Made by a program: the position numbers and the translations under genes
Assembly: GCA_963771465.1 (NCBI GenBank)
Contig: CAVYTU010000002.1
Span: 101,945 to 165,944, forward strand
DNA from: an uncultured delta proteobacterium
Lineage (GTDB): Bacteria > Desulfobacterota > Binatia > UBA9968
Direction of reading: 5' to 3'
DNA length: 64,000 nt
Part shown: positions 1 through 9,628 of the stretch, piece after piece
Numbering within the stretch: position 1 is the first letter of the stretch
Layout of the letters: every line of letters begins with the position of its first letter
The notes under the pieces: model-generated
Databases searched by the model: none
Told to the model about the DNA's origin: nothing
What the model saw: the letters and a program-made list of their open reading frames with translations, nothing else

Positions 1-135
1 GGCATCAATGAACACAACGTCTCCCAAGTCTGGCAGGCCGGCGCAGAGTCGGCGGCGATCATCAGTGATATCTTGGGGGCGGACGATATCGCCGCGAAGG
101 TAAAGCGAATTCTATCGCTCGCTCCGCTACGTTGA
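1..135 (+). CDS. thiE: Thiamine-phosphate synthase, C-terminal end (partial, runs off window)
   Basis: Frame 1 reads GINEHNVSQVWQAGAESAAIISDILGADDIAAKVKRILSLAPLR*, matching the ThiE C-terminal (G)GI..NV..V..AGA..xAxIS.I..A.D pattern; not in ORF track. Confidence 0.75.
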   Translation, partial: GINEHNVSQVWQAGAESAAIISDILGADDIAAKVKRILSLAPLR

Positions 136-163
136 CGAGATCACTCTCCCGACAAATAAAAGC

Positions 164-649
164 ATGGCGAGCAAGTTTAAAAACAAACCCGATAATCGTT
201 ACTTCGAAGATTACGTTCCCGGCGCCATCCACGAATTCGGCAACATCGCCGTCGACGAACAGGAAGTCATTGAGTTTGGTAAACGCTTCGTGCCGCTTTC
301 CTATCACGTCGACAAAGAAGCGGCAAAAAAAAGTATCTACGGCGGCATCATCGCCAGCGGCTGGCACACCGCCGCATTGATGATGCGTGTTTACGTGGAA
401 AACTATCTCTCCCCAGTAGCAAATCTCGGCTCCCCTGGCGGCGACGAGTTACGCTGGGACAAACCGGTCTTTCCCGGCGATGAATTATCCGTGCGCGCCA
501 CGGTGCTCGAAGCGCGTCGCTCCGAATCTCGCCCCGACCGCGGCATCGTCCGCACCTTCATCGAAGTTCTGAATCAAAAGCGCGAAGTGGTGATGAGCAT
601 GAAAATGGTGAACTTCGTGAGATGCCGCGACAACTTGAACGGAACTTGA
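164..649 (+). CDS. MaoC-family (hotdog) dehydratase
   Basis: YFEDY start, HVD..AA..S.YGGIIASGWHT motif, LRW.KPV.PGD. Confidence 0.9.
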   Translation: MASKFKNKPDNRYFEDYVPGAIHEFGNIAVDEQEVIEFGKRFVPLSYHVDKEAAKKSIYGGIIASGWHTAALMMRVYVENYLSPVANLGSPGGDELRWDKPVFPGDELSVRATVLEARRSESRPDRGIVRTFIEVLNQKREVVMSMKMVNFVRCRDNLNGT

Positions 650-751
650 GATTACTGTGTTGTCGAAGCACTTAGATTCGCCGCTGGCAGGGTCCGACTC
701 AAGGGAATCAGTTTAAACTCCAAGCCAAAATCATTCGACATGCCAATGATC

Positions 752-1813
752 TTAGCGCGCCGGCAGCGGATCGACGCCAGAGAATTTCTTTAACATCTCG
801 ATAATCTCAGGATCGCGGGGTGTTTCCTGGATTACTTTTGTAAGTTCTTCGGGCATCAGGGGCGAAGCGTCGTCGGTGACTAGCTTTTTAAACTCGGCGC
901 GGAACTCCGGGTCCTTGAAAACCTTGCGTATCGCTTCTTGCAGAATCTCTACTCGATCTTTCGGCGTTCCCGGCGGCAACACGAAAGGCGAAGTTACCGT
1001 TCTGAAACCGCGCCACATGGTCAAAAGCTTTTTTTCCTTATCGGTTTTGGCGAAGCTCTCGATCTCCGGCAATTGGGCGAGGCGCGGATGGGACGGTTTA
1101 TCGTTTTTCGGCACCGCCAGGATCGCGTGAAAGTCCATGACGCCCTTTTCCAACCAATCGCGATTGCGGGTTAACACGGAGGTCGCGTTGTTCGCTCGCG
1201 AATCGATTTCTCCGTTGTTCAGCGCAACATCGGCTTCCAGCGAAGAATAACCGGTGACGAACTTCGGCGCCTTTAAGTCGAGAAAGTAAGCAAACAGCCT
1301 TCCGGAAGTATAAGCGACCGCGCCCACTTCCTGAGCGCCGATGCGCACGCCGCTGGCGGCGCGAAGCTTGTCTAGAGTATTGAGACCAAGCTCGCGCCGC
1401 GTGTAGATGACGTTGTGGTTTTCGCTCACCGGCGTACCGAGATAAATGAATTTATCGATATCGTACATTACGCCGGTCTCTTTCATCACCTGCAAGCCGA
1501 TGATCGAACTGCTGAGAGCACCGATCGTGAGACCGTCAGGCTTGGCGTTCTGGAACACGTGATTGGCGGCACGGCGTCCGCCGCCGCCTTCAATGAATTC
1601 GATCACCAGAGTCGGACTGCCCGGGATATACTTACGCAGGTGCGTCATCACGGTCTTGACGCGCAATCCCGCCGTGCCGCCGGGATCGTTATTGATGACC
1701 TTTATCGTCTTGCCCTGATAAAAAGACGCTTGCGAGAAAACCGCGTTCGGAAAAACACTCAGCTGCAAAAATACCGCGATGGCAAACGTCCGCAGCGCAT
1801 ACATCGTTCTCAT
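752..1813 (-). CDS. TctC/Bug-like tripartite tricarboxylate transporter substrate-binding protein
   Basis: Signal peptide, FYQGKTIKVI, PGG, AKPDGLTIG, PPGTPKDRVEIL. Confidence 0.85.
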   Translation of the reverse strand: MRTMYALRTFAIAVFLQLSVFPNAVFSQASFYQGKTIKVINNDPGGTAGLRVKTVMTHLRKYIPGSPTLVIEFIEGGGGRRAANHVFQNAKPDGLTIGALSSSIIGLQVMKETGVMYDIDKFIYLGTPVSENHNVIYTRRELGLNTLDKLRAASGVRIGAQEVGAVAYTSGRLFAYFLDLKAPKFVTGYSSLEADVALNNGEIDSRANNATSVLTRNRDWLEKGVMDFHAILAVPKNDKPSHPRLAQLPEIESFAKTDKEKKLLTMWRGFRTVTSPFVLPPGTPKDRVEILQEAIRKVFKDPEFRAEFKKLVTDDASPLMPEELTKVIQETPRDPEIIEMLKKFSGVDPLPAR

Positions 1814-1860
1814 ACGAGCGTCCTCAAGCTATCCGCGGCGCATTCACGTCGTCACCACGG

Positions 1861-2904
1861 TCAGTAGCCGCAACGATCCGCGACCGCGCGCACGCGCTGG
1901 TACTCTGCGTCCAATTCCTTACGTCCCCTCAACTCCTTGTACGCTTCAGTGACCAAATCTTGCGCGCAGACTTCTTCAATCGCGGGAACTTCGAAGTTCA
2001 ACCCGTCGATCAGAGCTTCCTCGCGCAGCATGTCTTCGAATCCCGTGGCGAGGCCGTCTATTGGGAAGGGCATGCGCTCCAGGCCAACCGGCGTATAGCG
2101 GCTGGCATGATGCAGCCGCTCTTCGGGGTCGGGAGTCGTCAGGCGCAGGCGTTTGTCGAGATTGTAGAGATATTCAAAGTTTTTCGGCATGTCGCGGACG
2201 AACCAGTAGGAGCGAATCAGCCCCTTGAGAAAACTCTTCACCAAGTCCGGCCGCTCTTCGAGAATCTTTCCGGTGGCGGCGATGATCCGTTCGGGCCGGC
2301 CGTTGGGATATGAATCTTTGGGCACGACCAAAACGTTGCAGCCCTCTTTTTTGAGCGAGTCCACCAGCACGCTCGTTATTGGTGCGCATTCGACCTTGCC
2401 GGTTTTGAGCGCGTCGACGATCAGGTGAGTCCCGACGCCGCAGCGCACCCATTCGACGTCTTTCTCGATATCCAAACCGGCCTTGCGCAACTGAACCTGA
2501 ATGCCCCAGTGGCGAATGCTGTTGAAGTCGCTGATGCCGACGCGCTTGCCCTTGAGATCCGCGAGCGACTTGATATGCGGCGGCCCCATCCACGTCGATG
2601 TGTGTTGGTTGCGCCAACCGGCGATGATGTAAACATCGGCGCCGCGCGAGCGCTGGTAAAAAATCGTCCGCGACTGGACGTCGAGCGCGATGTCGACAGA
2701 TTTCTCCTTCATCGCTTGAGAGATGCCCAGCTTTTCCAATCCGAAAGGTACCATGGGATCGCGCAGAATCTGGTAGGCGAGCGACCCGTCCGCAGTCTTG
2801 AGCCCCTCATCGTAAAAGAAATTCATCTCATGGGCCGACATGACCGGCATCAGATGCAACACATGATAACAGGTCGGCGAGATGCGCAATTTTCCGTCTA
2901 ACAT
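1861..2904 (-). CDS. NMT1/SsuA-fold binding-protein homolog with no signal peptide (possibly a cytoplasmic enzyme)
   Basis: IKSLADLKGKRVGIS, GLDIEKDVEWV, ERPDLVKSFLKG; N-terminus MLDGKLRISPTC has no hydrophobic leader. Confidence 0.75.
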   Translation of the reverse strand: MLDGKLRISPTCYHVLHLMPVMSAHEMNFFYDEGLKTADGSLAYQILRDPMVPFGLEKLGISQAMKEKSVDIALDVQSRTIFYQRSRGADVYIIAGWRNQHTSTWMGPPHIKSLADLKGKRVGISDFNSIRHWGIQVQLRKAGLDIEKDVEWVRCGVGTHLIVDALKTGKVECAPITSVLVDSLKKEGCNVLVVPKDSYPNGRPERIIAATGKILEERPDLVKSFLKGLIRSYWFVRDMPKNFEYLYNLDKRLRLTTPDPEERLHHASRYTPVGLERMPFPIDGLATGFEDMLREEALIDGLNFEVPAIEEVCAQDLVTEAYKELRGRKELDAEYQRVRAVADRCGY

Positions 2905-2948
2905 TAATTTACTCCTTTTCAGCGATGCAGATTTACTCAGTAGGTTAA

Positions 2949-3017
2949 TTCACCGCGGAGGTCGCCGAGAAGAGGTTGTGAAAAAACTCTCTGCGAACTC
3001 TGCGCCTCCGCGGTAAA
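2949..3017. repeat. Intergenic REP-like palindrome (ttcaccgcggag...ctccgcggtaaa)
   Basis: Imperfect inverted repeat; related half-copy at ~25234-25260 (cgccgcggagacgccgagaacgca). Confidence 0.6.
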
Positions 3018-3030
3018 CAAATTCGAAGTC

Positions 3031-4104
3031 CTATTTGCCCGTTGGAAATCCCCAGACCCCGGCGATTTTTTTGATGATGCCGGGCTCGTATTCGGGTCGG
3101 TCCCAGCCTTCGAAGATCGTCTTCGAGCCCGCCTTCTGAAGCAGCCGCCACTTTTCACTCTCTTTGACAAACGGTGAGCCGCGGCCCACTACGTCGTAGG
3201 CTTTTTGACCTTCAGGCGAGGATAACCAACCTGCGAGTAGAAAAGCGGCATTTGGGTGCGGCGCGCCTTTGGGGATCGCCATGATTTCGCCCAAGCTAAC
3301 CGGCACCTCTTTTGGAAAGGCCATTGCCAGCTTCGCTTTGGGGTCACTTTTCAACAACGAGTAGAGCGTCGCATAATGGGCGCCACACATGACGGGAAAT
3401 TCACCGGAAGCGAGCTGCGCCACCGCTTCGGTCTGGCCTTGCTTCCAGATCGGTTGGTTGTTCTTGAACTTCGCCGCGTAGTCGAGAATCTTCGCTTCGC
3501 CCCATGATTTGTACAGTCCGCTCAAAAACCGCGGATGAACATCGACGGCGATCTTGCCTTTCCACTGGGGATCGAGACAATCGGCCCAGTCTTTCGGGAT
3601 TTTATTCGCCGGCACTAACGATGGGTTGTAGCCGATGATGCGCAGGTTGAATCCCGCCGCATTGAAATATCCGTCCGGACTGATGTGATACTCGCCGATG
3701 GTCGGCATCAGCTTGCGCCATTCAAGCGGGCCGGTAACCACGCCGCCTTTGATGAAGCGATTTTGCATCGCCGCCGGCACATCGTAGAGATCGAACTCAA
3801 CCACGCCGGCCAACACCTCGTTGAAGAGTTTCTCCGCCCGCGCCGTGCCGCTCACGGGTGTCAATTCCACTCGAATCTTGGGGTAGCGTTGACTAAATCC
3901 CTTGAGCACCAGCGGCGCTTCTTCCAACGTCAAACCGCTGCCGATGTGCAGTATGCCCTCTTTGTTGGCGAGCCGGACAATTTCTTCGAAATTCTTGCCG
4001 ATGCCGGCCGGTTGGGCGCCGGCTGGCATGGAAAACACCAGCATGCCAACAAGAACGCTCGTCAATAACATCGCTTCCTTGAACAACCTAAGTTTCATCG
4101 TCAT
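3031..4104 (-). CDS. ABC extracellular solute-binding protein (AfuA/FbpA-like family)
   Basis: Signal peptide; A.KEG, YNPSLVP...PKDW.D.LDP.WKG, APHPNAA.L...WL.SPEGQ. Confidence 0.88.
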   Translation of the reverse strand: MTMKLRLFKEAMLLTSVLVGMLVFSMPAGAQPAGIGKNFEEIVRLANKEGILHIGSGLTLEEAPLVLKGFSQRYPKIRVELTPVSGTARAEKLFNEVLAGVVEFDLYDVPAAMQNRFIKGGVVTGPLEWRKLMPTIGEYHISPDGYFNAAGFNLRIIGYNPSLVPANKIPKDWADCLDPQWKGKIAVDVHPRFLSGLYKSWGEAKILDYAAKFKNNQPIWKQGQTEAVAQLASGEFPVMCGAHYATLYSLLKSDPKAKLAMAFPKEVPVSLGEIMAIPKGAPHPNAAFLLAGWLSSPEGQKAYDVVGRGSPFVKESEKWRLLQKAGSKTIFEGWDRPEYEPGIIKKIAGVWGFPTGK

Positions 4105-4370
4105 AAAATTACCTCCGCAATTGTTTTTTTTCGCCTACAAATTGCCGTCACTAGCGTTCCGTAGCTAGCCCGACGTCGATTCGCTACACAACCACTCACG
4201 ATGATTATCAAACTGCATGAGCCGGCGTCAATGTAGATCTTGTCGGTCCTTGAAAATTTCGTTCTTCAAAAGGTTTGCGCGGATACACATGCCGCATTGA
4301 ATTGGTCGTATTCAGCACGGCGAACCTGGCGCGGCGAGTTGCAACCCAATCTCGGAATATCTCTCGCTAA

Positions 4371-4427
4371 GCGTGTTCTGAGCCAAGTCGAAGGGACGCA
4401 AAGCATGCCCCGAACGAAGTCGAATGG
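4371..4427. repeat. Two tandem degenerate REP-like units (gcgtgttctgagccaagtcgaaggg / gcatgccccgaacgaagtcgaatgg)
   Basis: Two similar ~25 bp units in the intergenic region upstream of E1 alpha. Confidence 0.45.
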
Positions 4428-4564
4428 AACGCCAAGTTTGGCGTCGTTTAATTACTTTTGCGTTCTTTGCGTTAGTTCTCCAAAACTCTTGCTATTTTCC
4501 GCTTTGCAATTCATCCGCAGCGGCAGTAAATATTTGACAACGGCAAAACTGATCGGAGGAAAAA

Positions 4565-5581
4565 ATGTTACCTGAAATTCCACGAGACAGGCAGCTCGGT
4601 ATTCTGCGCAAGATGCTGATGATACGGCGCGCGGAAGAACACTGCATCCGCTTTCACGACGAACACGAGGGGCTGATCCGCGGCCATTTTCACGTCTATA
4701 TCGGCCAGGAGGCCACCGGCGTGTCGGTATGCGACTGGTTGAACCCAGACGACTACGTCTTCACGACGCACAGAAATCACGGCCACGTCATCGCCAAAGG
4801 CGGCGATCCAAAAAAAGTATTGGCCGAGATCATCGGCCGCGCCACCGGCTACTGCCAAGGGCGCGCGGGAACGTTTCACGTCGCCGCGCCGGAAGTGGGC
4901 ATCGTCCACACCTCGGCGATCGTCGGCGGCTGTCTCGCCCTCGCCGGCGGCACCGCCTTCGCCGCGCAGATGCAAGATCGCAAAGCGATCACCGTGGTTT
5001 TCTTCGGCGACGGCGCCATGGAAGAAGGCGTGTTCTACGAGACATTGAATATCGCCAAGCTCTGGCAACTGCCGATGATCTTCTGGATGGAAAATAATTA
5101 TCGCCGCACCGGCCGCGGCGCGGGCCACGCGGCCAACGAGCTGAGCAACGTGCCGAAGGCGTTGAATGTTGAAACCACGGTCATCGACGGCATCGACGTC
5201 GGCACCGTGCATGCGACGGCGAAAGAAATAGTCCGGCGCGTGCGCGCCGGCGACGGGCCGCTGTTCGTCGAAGCGCGCACCCATCTTTGGCCGGGCAATG
5301 CGTTCAACATGCCCAAGCTCGTCGGCGGCGTCACCGACATCGCTTGGACGTGGAACCCGGGCGCCGCGCCGGAAAAAGTTCGCGACTGGCACAAGGAGCA
5401 CGATCCGATTCTGAATTATTGTCGCGAGCTCGAAAGCGCCGGCGTGAGCCGCGGTGAAATCGAAAAACTCGATGCTCAAGTAAGCAGCGAGATCGACGCG
5501 GCGGCACGCTTCGCCTTGGAAAGTCCGCTGCCCGATGCAAAGGCAGCGCTCAACTATGCTTTCGCCGGGAAAGGAAACTAA
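4565..5581 (+). CDS. TPP-dependent dehydrogenase E1 alpha subunit (AcoA/PdhA-like)
   Basis: GHFHVYIGQEA, THRNHGH, GDGAMEEG...ENN TPP-binding motif; GGAGG RBS. Confidence 0.92.
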   Translation: MLPEIPRDRQLGILRKMLMIRRAEEHCIRFHDEHEGLIRGHFHVYIGQEATGVSVCDWLNPDDYVFTTHRNHGHVIAKGGDPKKVLAEIIGRATGYCQGRAGTFHVAAPEVGIVHTSAIVGGCLALAGGTAFAAQMQDRKAITVVFFGDGAMEEGVFYETLNIAKLWQLPMIFWMENNYRRTGRGAGHAANELSNVPKALNVETTVIDGIDVGTVHATAKEIVRRVRAGDGPLFVEARTHLWPGNAFNMPKLVGGVTDIAWTWNPGAAPEKVRDWHKEHDPILNYCRELESAGVSRGEIEKLDAQVSSEIDAAARFALESPLPDAKAALNYAFAGKGN

Positions 5582-5584
5582 GCC

Positions 5585-6559
5585 ATGCCGCAGGAAATGA
5601 CTTTTGGTGAAGCGTTGCTCGCCGCTATCGATGAGGTTGCGGAGCAAGACAAACGAATCGTGCTGTTCAACCCGAGCTTTGCCGGCGAAGCCGGCCACGA
5701 AAAACTGGCAGCGTTCCGCAAAAAATACGCGGCGCGGATAAAATTCCCGCCCATCGCGGAAATTGGTTTCTGCGGCATCGCCACCGGCGCGGCAATGGCC
5801 GGCCTGCGGCCGGTGGTCGACCTCAGCACCGCGACGTTTTCCTACGAAGCGATCCCGCAGATCGTCAACGAAGCCGCCATCGCTTACTCGAACTCCGGCG
5901 GCCAAACCAACGTGCCGGTGGTTTTCTATTTAAAGTTCGGCATCCGCGGCGGCGGCGGGGTGCAACACTCCGGCAGCCCGCAGTCTTGGTACTGGAACAC
6001 GCCCGGCCTGCAAATCGTCATGCCGTCGACCCCCGCCGACGCCAAGGGTCTCATGCGCACGGTGCTGCTGAAAAGCGAAGACCCGACGATTTTCTTCGGC
6101 CATGATCGGCTGTTGGACAATCGCGGCAGTGTTCCCGACGGCGCCTATGAAATACCGCTGGGAAAAGCCGACGTGAAACGCGAAGGCAAAGATTTGACGA
6201 TCATCGCTACGTCAATCCAGGTGCCGCGCGCATTGGCCGCCGCGGAAATTCTGTCGAAGGAAGGTATCTCTGCCGAGATCATCGATCCGCGCACATTACA
6301 GCCGCTAGACAAACCGGCGCTGCTCGCCTCGGTCAAGAAAACCGGCCGCGTGCTGATCACCGACGAGAGTCACGATAATTGCGGCGTCGCCGCCGGTCTG
6401 GCGGCGATCATCGCCGACGAGGGGTTCACGAGCCTGCGCGCGGCGATCAAGCGCGTCTCGATCCCGCCGGTGCCCGTGCCCTATTCGGTGCCGCTGGAAG
6501 ATTACGTCACACCGATGGCGCAACGCATCGTCGAGATCGCTCGGGCGTTAGTAAAATGA
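5585..6559 (+). CDS. TPP-dependent dehydrogenase E1 beta subunit (AcoB/PdhB-like)
   Basis: PIAEIGFCG.A.GAA..GLRP, QHS, PSTPADAKGL, IDPRTLQPLD, SVKKTGR. Confidence 0.92.
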   Translation: MPQEMTFGEALLAAIDEVAEQDKRIVLFNPSFAGEAGHEKLAAFRKKYAARIKFPPIAEIGFCGIATGAAMAGLRPVVDLSTATFSYEAIPQIVNEAAIAYSNSGGQTNVPVVFYLKFGIRGGGGVQHSGSPQSWYWNTPGLQIVMPSTPADAKGLMRTVLLKSEDPTIFFGHDRLLDNRGSVPDGAYEIPLGKADVKREGKDLTIIATSIQVPRALAAAEILSKEGISAEIIDPRTLQPLDKPALLASVKKTGRVLITDESHDNCGVAAGLAAIIADEGFTSLRAAIKRVSIPPVPVPYSVPLEDYVTPMAQRIVEIARALVK

Positions 6560-6570
6560 GAGTAAAATTA

Positions 6571-6641
6571 TTCACCACGAAGAGCACGAAGTTCGGAAAT
6601 TAATTATCCGAAACCGTCGAGTCCTTCGTGCCTTCATGGTG
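6571..6641. repeat. Intergenic REP-like palindrome (caccacgaagagcacgaagttcgga...cttcgtgccttcatggtg)
   Basis: Inverted repeat; related copy at 52416-52475. Confidence 0.65.
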
Positions 6642-6665
6642 AGATAAAAGGATCGCAGGCGGCAC

Positions 6666-7775
6666 ATGAAGATAAAAAGGCAATTATTGTTGCTCGGCAC
6701 CATTATACTGACGGCATCCAGCGCTCTCGCCGCGGCTCCGGCGCCAGCGTTGCAAAAGAGTAAACAAGATGCGGAAGCCAAAGGGTATACGTTCCTGTCC
6801 AGTCACGACGAGATCGTCCGACTCGCGAAGCAGGAAGCGCGAATTGACGGCATCGTTTCGCTCGATCCGGAAACCTTTGGACCGCTGACCAAGGCGTTCA
6901 AGAGAAAATATCCGTTTCTCGAACTGAAGCTCGGGGAAGTGACCGGAACCGAGGCAACCCAGCGCTTTCTATTGGAAGTACAGAGCGGCACGGCGCAGGC
7001 GGATTTCACTTATATCAGCGAAGATTTTTATAAAGGATTTATTACCCGCGGCAAGAGGTTCGACATTCTCGGCATGGCAGAAAACAATGTCTTGTCGATT
7101 CCAACCAAGATGATCGATCCGCTGTCGCGCAAGGCGATCTCAGCGGCGACGATCTTTGCAGCCGTCGCTTTCAACAAATGCCTCCTCGAACCTGCCAAGG
7201 TTCCTGAGCGCTGGGAAGATTTCTTGAAGCCCGAGCTCAAGGGCAAGAAGTTTTTCGTCGACATCCGGCCTTTTCATTATCAATCTTTCGCCGCCGGCGC
7301 CGGCGAGGAGTGGATGCTCGACTACGCGCAAAAAATCGCCGCGCAGGACCCGGTGTGGATCAGAGGCGCCAGCCGGGTGCTCACCCAGATCGCCGCCGGC
7401 GAATATTTGTTGCACTCGGGGATCAATTATCACAGCACGATCAGGGCCAAGGAGAAGGACAAGTCCGGCTGCTTGGATTTGAAAATCATCGAACCGGTTC
7501 CGGTGCGGCTCTCGGAACCGCAGATGGTCGTCGACACGGCGAAGCATCCCAACGCCGCGCTCCTCTGGCTGGAATTTCTTGCGAGCGCGGAAGCACAAGC
7601 GATCATCGACAAGTACGAGCCGTTAAAGTCATCGATCTACGCATCCGGCTCGGCGGTGGAGAAAATCATTCGCGGCAAAAAGATCTGGCTCAAGGACTGG
7701 AAGCACTATGAGAAAGGGCCGGATTGGATGGGCATGGCGGTAAAAGCATTTGGCTTTCCTAAAGCGGGATCGTAA
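6666..7775 (+). CDS. ABC extracellular solute-binding protein (AfuA/FbpA-like family)
   Basis: Signal peptide; PERWEDFLKPELKG, AKHPNAALLWLEFLAS.EAQ. Confidence 0.87.
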   Translation: MKIKRQLLLLGTIILTASSALAAAPAPALQKSKQDAEAKGYTFLSSHDEIVRLAKQEARIDGIVSLDPETFGPLTKAFKRKYPFLELKLGEVTGTEATQRFLLEVQSGTAQADFTYISEDFYKGFITRGKRFDILGMAENNVLSIPTKMIDPLSRKAISAATIFAAVAFNKCLLEPAKVPERWEDFLKPELKGKKFFVDIRPFHYQSFAAGAGEEWMLDYAQKIAAQDPVWIRGASRVLTQIAAGEYLLHSGINYHSTIRAKEKDKSGCLDLKIIEPVPVRLSEPQMVVDTAKHPNAALLWLEFLASAEAQAIIDKYEPLKSSIYASGSAVEKIIRGKKIWLKDWKHYEKGPDWMGMAVKAFGFPKAGS

Positions 7776-7822
7776 TCGCGCGTGTCTCGCCTTCAGGAAT
7801 AATTCAGGATCGGAGTCTTTTC

Positions 7823-9113
7823 ATGGAAACGCATCACTTATCAGGAAAGTATGCCATTGCCGGTTTGGGAATGGTGGTCGGCGTGCCGGAAAAAGAGTTG
7901 GAGAAACGCAAAGCGGAAGTGCCGGGTCATCCCATGCTCGAACACGCGATTCCCTCGCCCGTGCTCGAGCTCTCGGCGAAAGATCTCGAAGCTGAAGCGG
8001 CGCGGCGCGCCATCGAAGACGCGGGCTTGATCAACAAGGACATCGACGGCGCGGTCCATGTCCACGGCGGTCCGAGAAGCGGCCGCGGCGTCATCGAGCA
8101 TATGGATGCGTTTCCGCGCATGCTGGGTCTGCCGGTTAACTTTTATTATCACTGCGGCCGCGGCGGCGGTTGGGGTACCATCGGCATCATCACCGCTTTG
8201 TCGTTTCTAGAATTGGGGCTGGCGAAATATGTAGTCATCGCCGGATCGCGCGAAGATTGGACGCGCAGCCATTCCCGAGAAGTTCGTAGCCAAGGGGTTC
8301 GCGGCCAGTTAAATCTGGCGACGGTGGCCGGCATGTGGGGACCGACTTTTGGCCGAACTGCAGCGGCCCACGACCACAGCATGTTTGCCGCGCGCCACAA
8401 ATATGAATACGGCACGACCGAAGAACAGTTTGGCGCGGCAGCGCTTCAAGTGCGCGCTTGGGCTTGTAAGAATCCGCTGGCGCGCATGTACGGCCGCCCC
8501 GCGACGATGGAAGATTATCTGGCCTCACCGAAATACATCGAACCCTACCACTTGATGGATATGGCCGTGACCACTGATGGCGCCGTCGCTTTCGTGTTGA
8601 CCTCGATGGAGCGGGCGCGCGATTGCACCAAGCCGCCGGTCGCCGTGCTCGGCATCGGCTATGGCGACGCGCAGGGCGGTCAGTGGTGGGAAGGCGCGCG
8701 CGCACTACACGCGGCTGCCGGTGGCGAAGGCCAAGGAAGCTGCCTTCGGTCAAGCCGGCATCACAGTCAAAGACATCGACGTCGCGCAGTTCTATGATTG
8801 CTTTACCGCTGAGCTGATTTTTCAGCTCGAAGATTACGGCTGGTGCGCCAAAGGCGAAGGCGGCGCCTACGTTGAGGCCGGCCATATCGGCCCCGGCGGC
8901 GATACACCGGCGAATACCAGCGGCGGGCTGCTATCGGCTTATCATCTAGCCGACATGACCGGGCTCTCCGAAGCGGTTTTCCAATTGCGCGGTGAAGCCG
9001 CTGAGCGGCAGATAGACAACGCGCGCGTTTCATTAATCACCGGACACGGCGGCGAAGTATTCGCGCCCGGCATGTGTTCGATCCACACCAGCTTGGTTTT
9101 AGGGAGGCCGTGA
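7823..9113 (+). CDS. Thiolase-fold protein (Ltp2/SCP-x type), split by one frameshift near 8700
   Basis: ORFs 7823-8797 and 8661-9113 join at a (GC)n run near 8695-8704; AIAGLG, NPLA.M, TDGAVAFV, YDCFT, NTSGGLLS.YH, EAV.QLRG. Confidence 0.85.
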
Positions 9114-9529
9114 TGGCTTGGAATAAACCGGTTCCAGTGGTTGAAAAAGCCATGAAGCCCTTTTGGGCTGGGCTCAAGGATCACCGTTTCTTGTTGATGA
9201 AATGCGACGAATGCGGCGCGTGGTATTGGCCGGCAACTTACTGCCGCAACCATCGCAACAAACCGTTCTTCGGCAGCCTGTCGTGGACCGACGCCAGCGG
9301 GAGCGGCAAGATTATTTCATTCAACATCACGCGGGTGGCCATGCGGCCTGCGTTCAAGGACGACACGCCCTATGTCTACGCGCTGATTCAATTGAACGAA
9401 GGACCGATCATCTCGAGCAACATAATTAATTGCCCAGCCGAGTCGGTCCATATCGACATGCCCGTCCGCGTCGTGTACCGCGACGTTGAGGACATCAACC
9501 TGACAATTCCTTATTTCGAGCCGGCATGA
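9113..9529 (+). CDS. DUF35 Zn-ribbon/OB-fold protein (ChsH2-like thiolase partner)
   Basis: PFW.G, CDECG.WYWP...C, GSGKI.SF, PYVYA.I.L.EGP; ATG overlaps the thiolase stop. Confidence 0.9.
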   Translation: MAWNKPVPVVEKAMKPFWAGLKDHRFLLMKCDECGAWYWPATYCRNHRNKPFFGSLSWTDASGSGKIISFNITRVAMRPAFKDDTPYVYALIQLNEGPIISSNIINCPAESVHIDMPVRVVYRDVEDINLTIPYFEPA

Positions 9530-9628
9530 TTCGCAATCCGCGCCTTTCAGCAAAATTGAGCGATCGCAGGCTATCCGCACGGGCGTCAAGAAAATCAATG
9601 GACGATAAGCGACAACCGAGACGGCGCG

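Noticed and set aside
4568-5905. 445-aa minus-strand ORF and similar long antisense ORFs (e.g. 20337-21191, 17089-17871, 27956-28807, 55681-56439)
   Set aside because: Shadows of well-supported genes on the opposite strand in GC-rich DNA; no motifs of their own
4565-6559. Naming the genes pdhAB or acoAB
   Set aside because: No E2/E3, a divergent active-site loop and an unknown substrate
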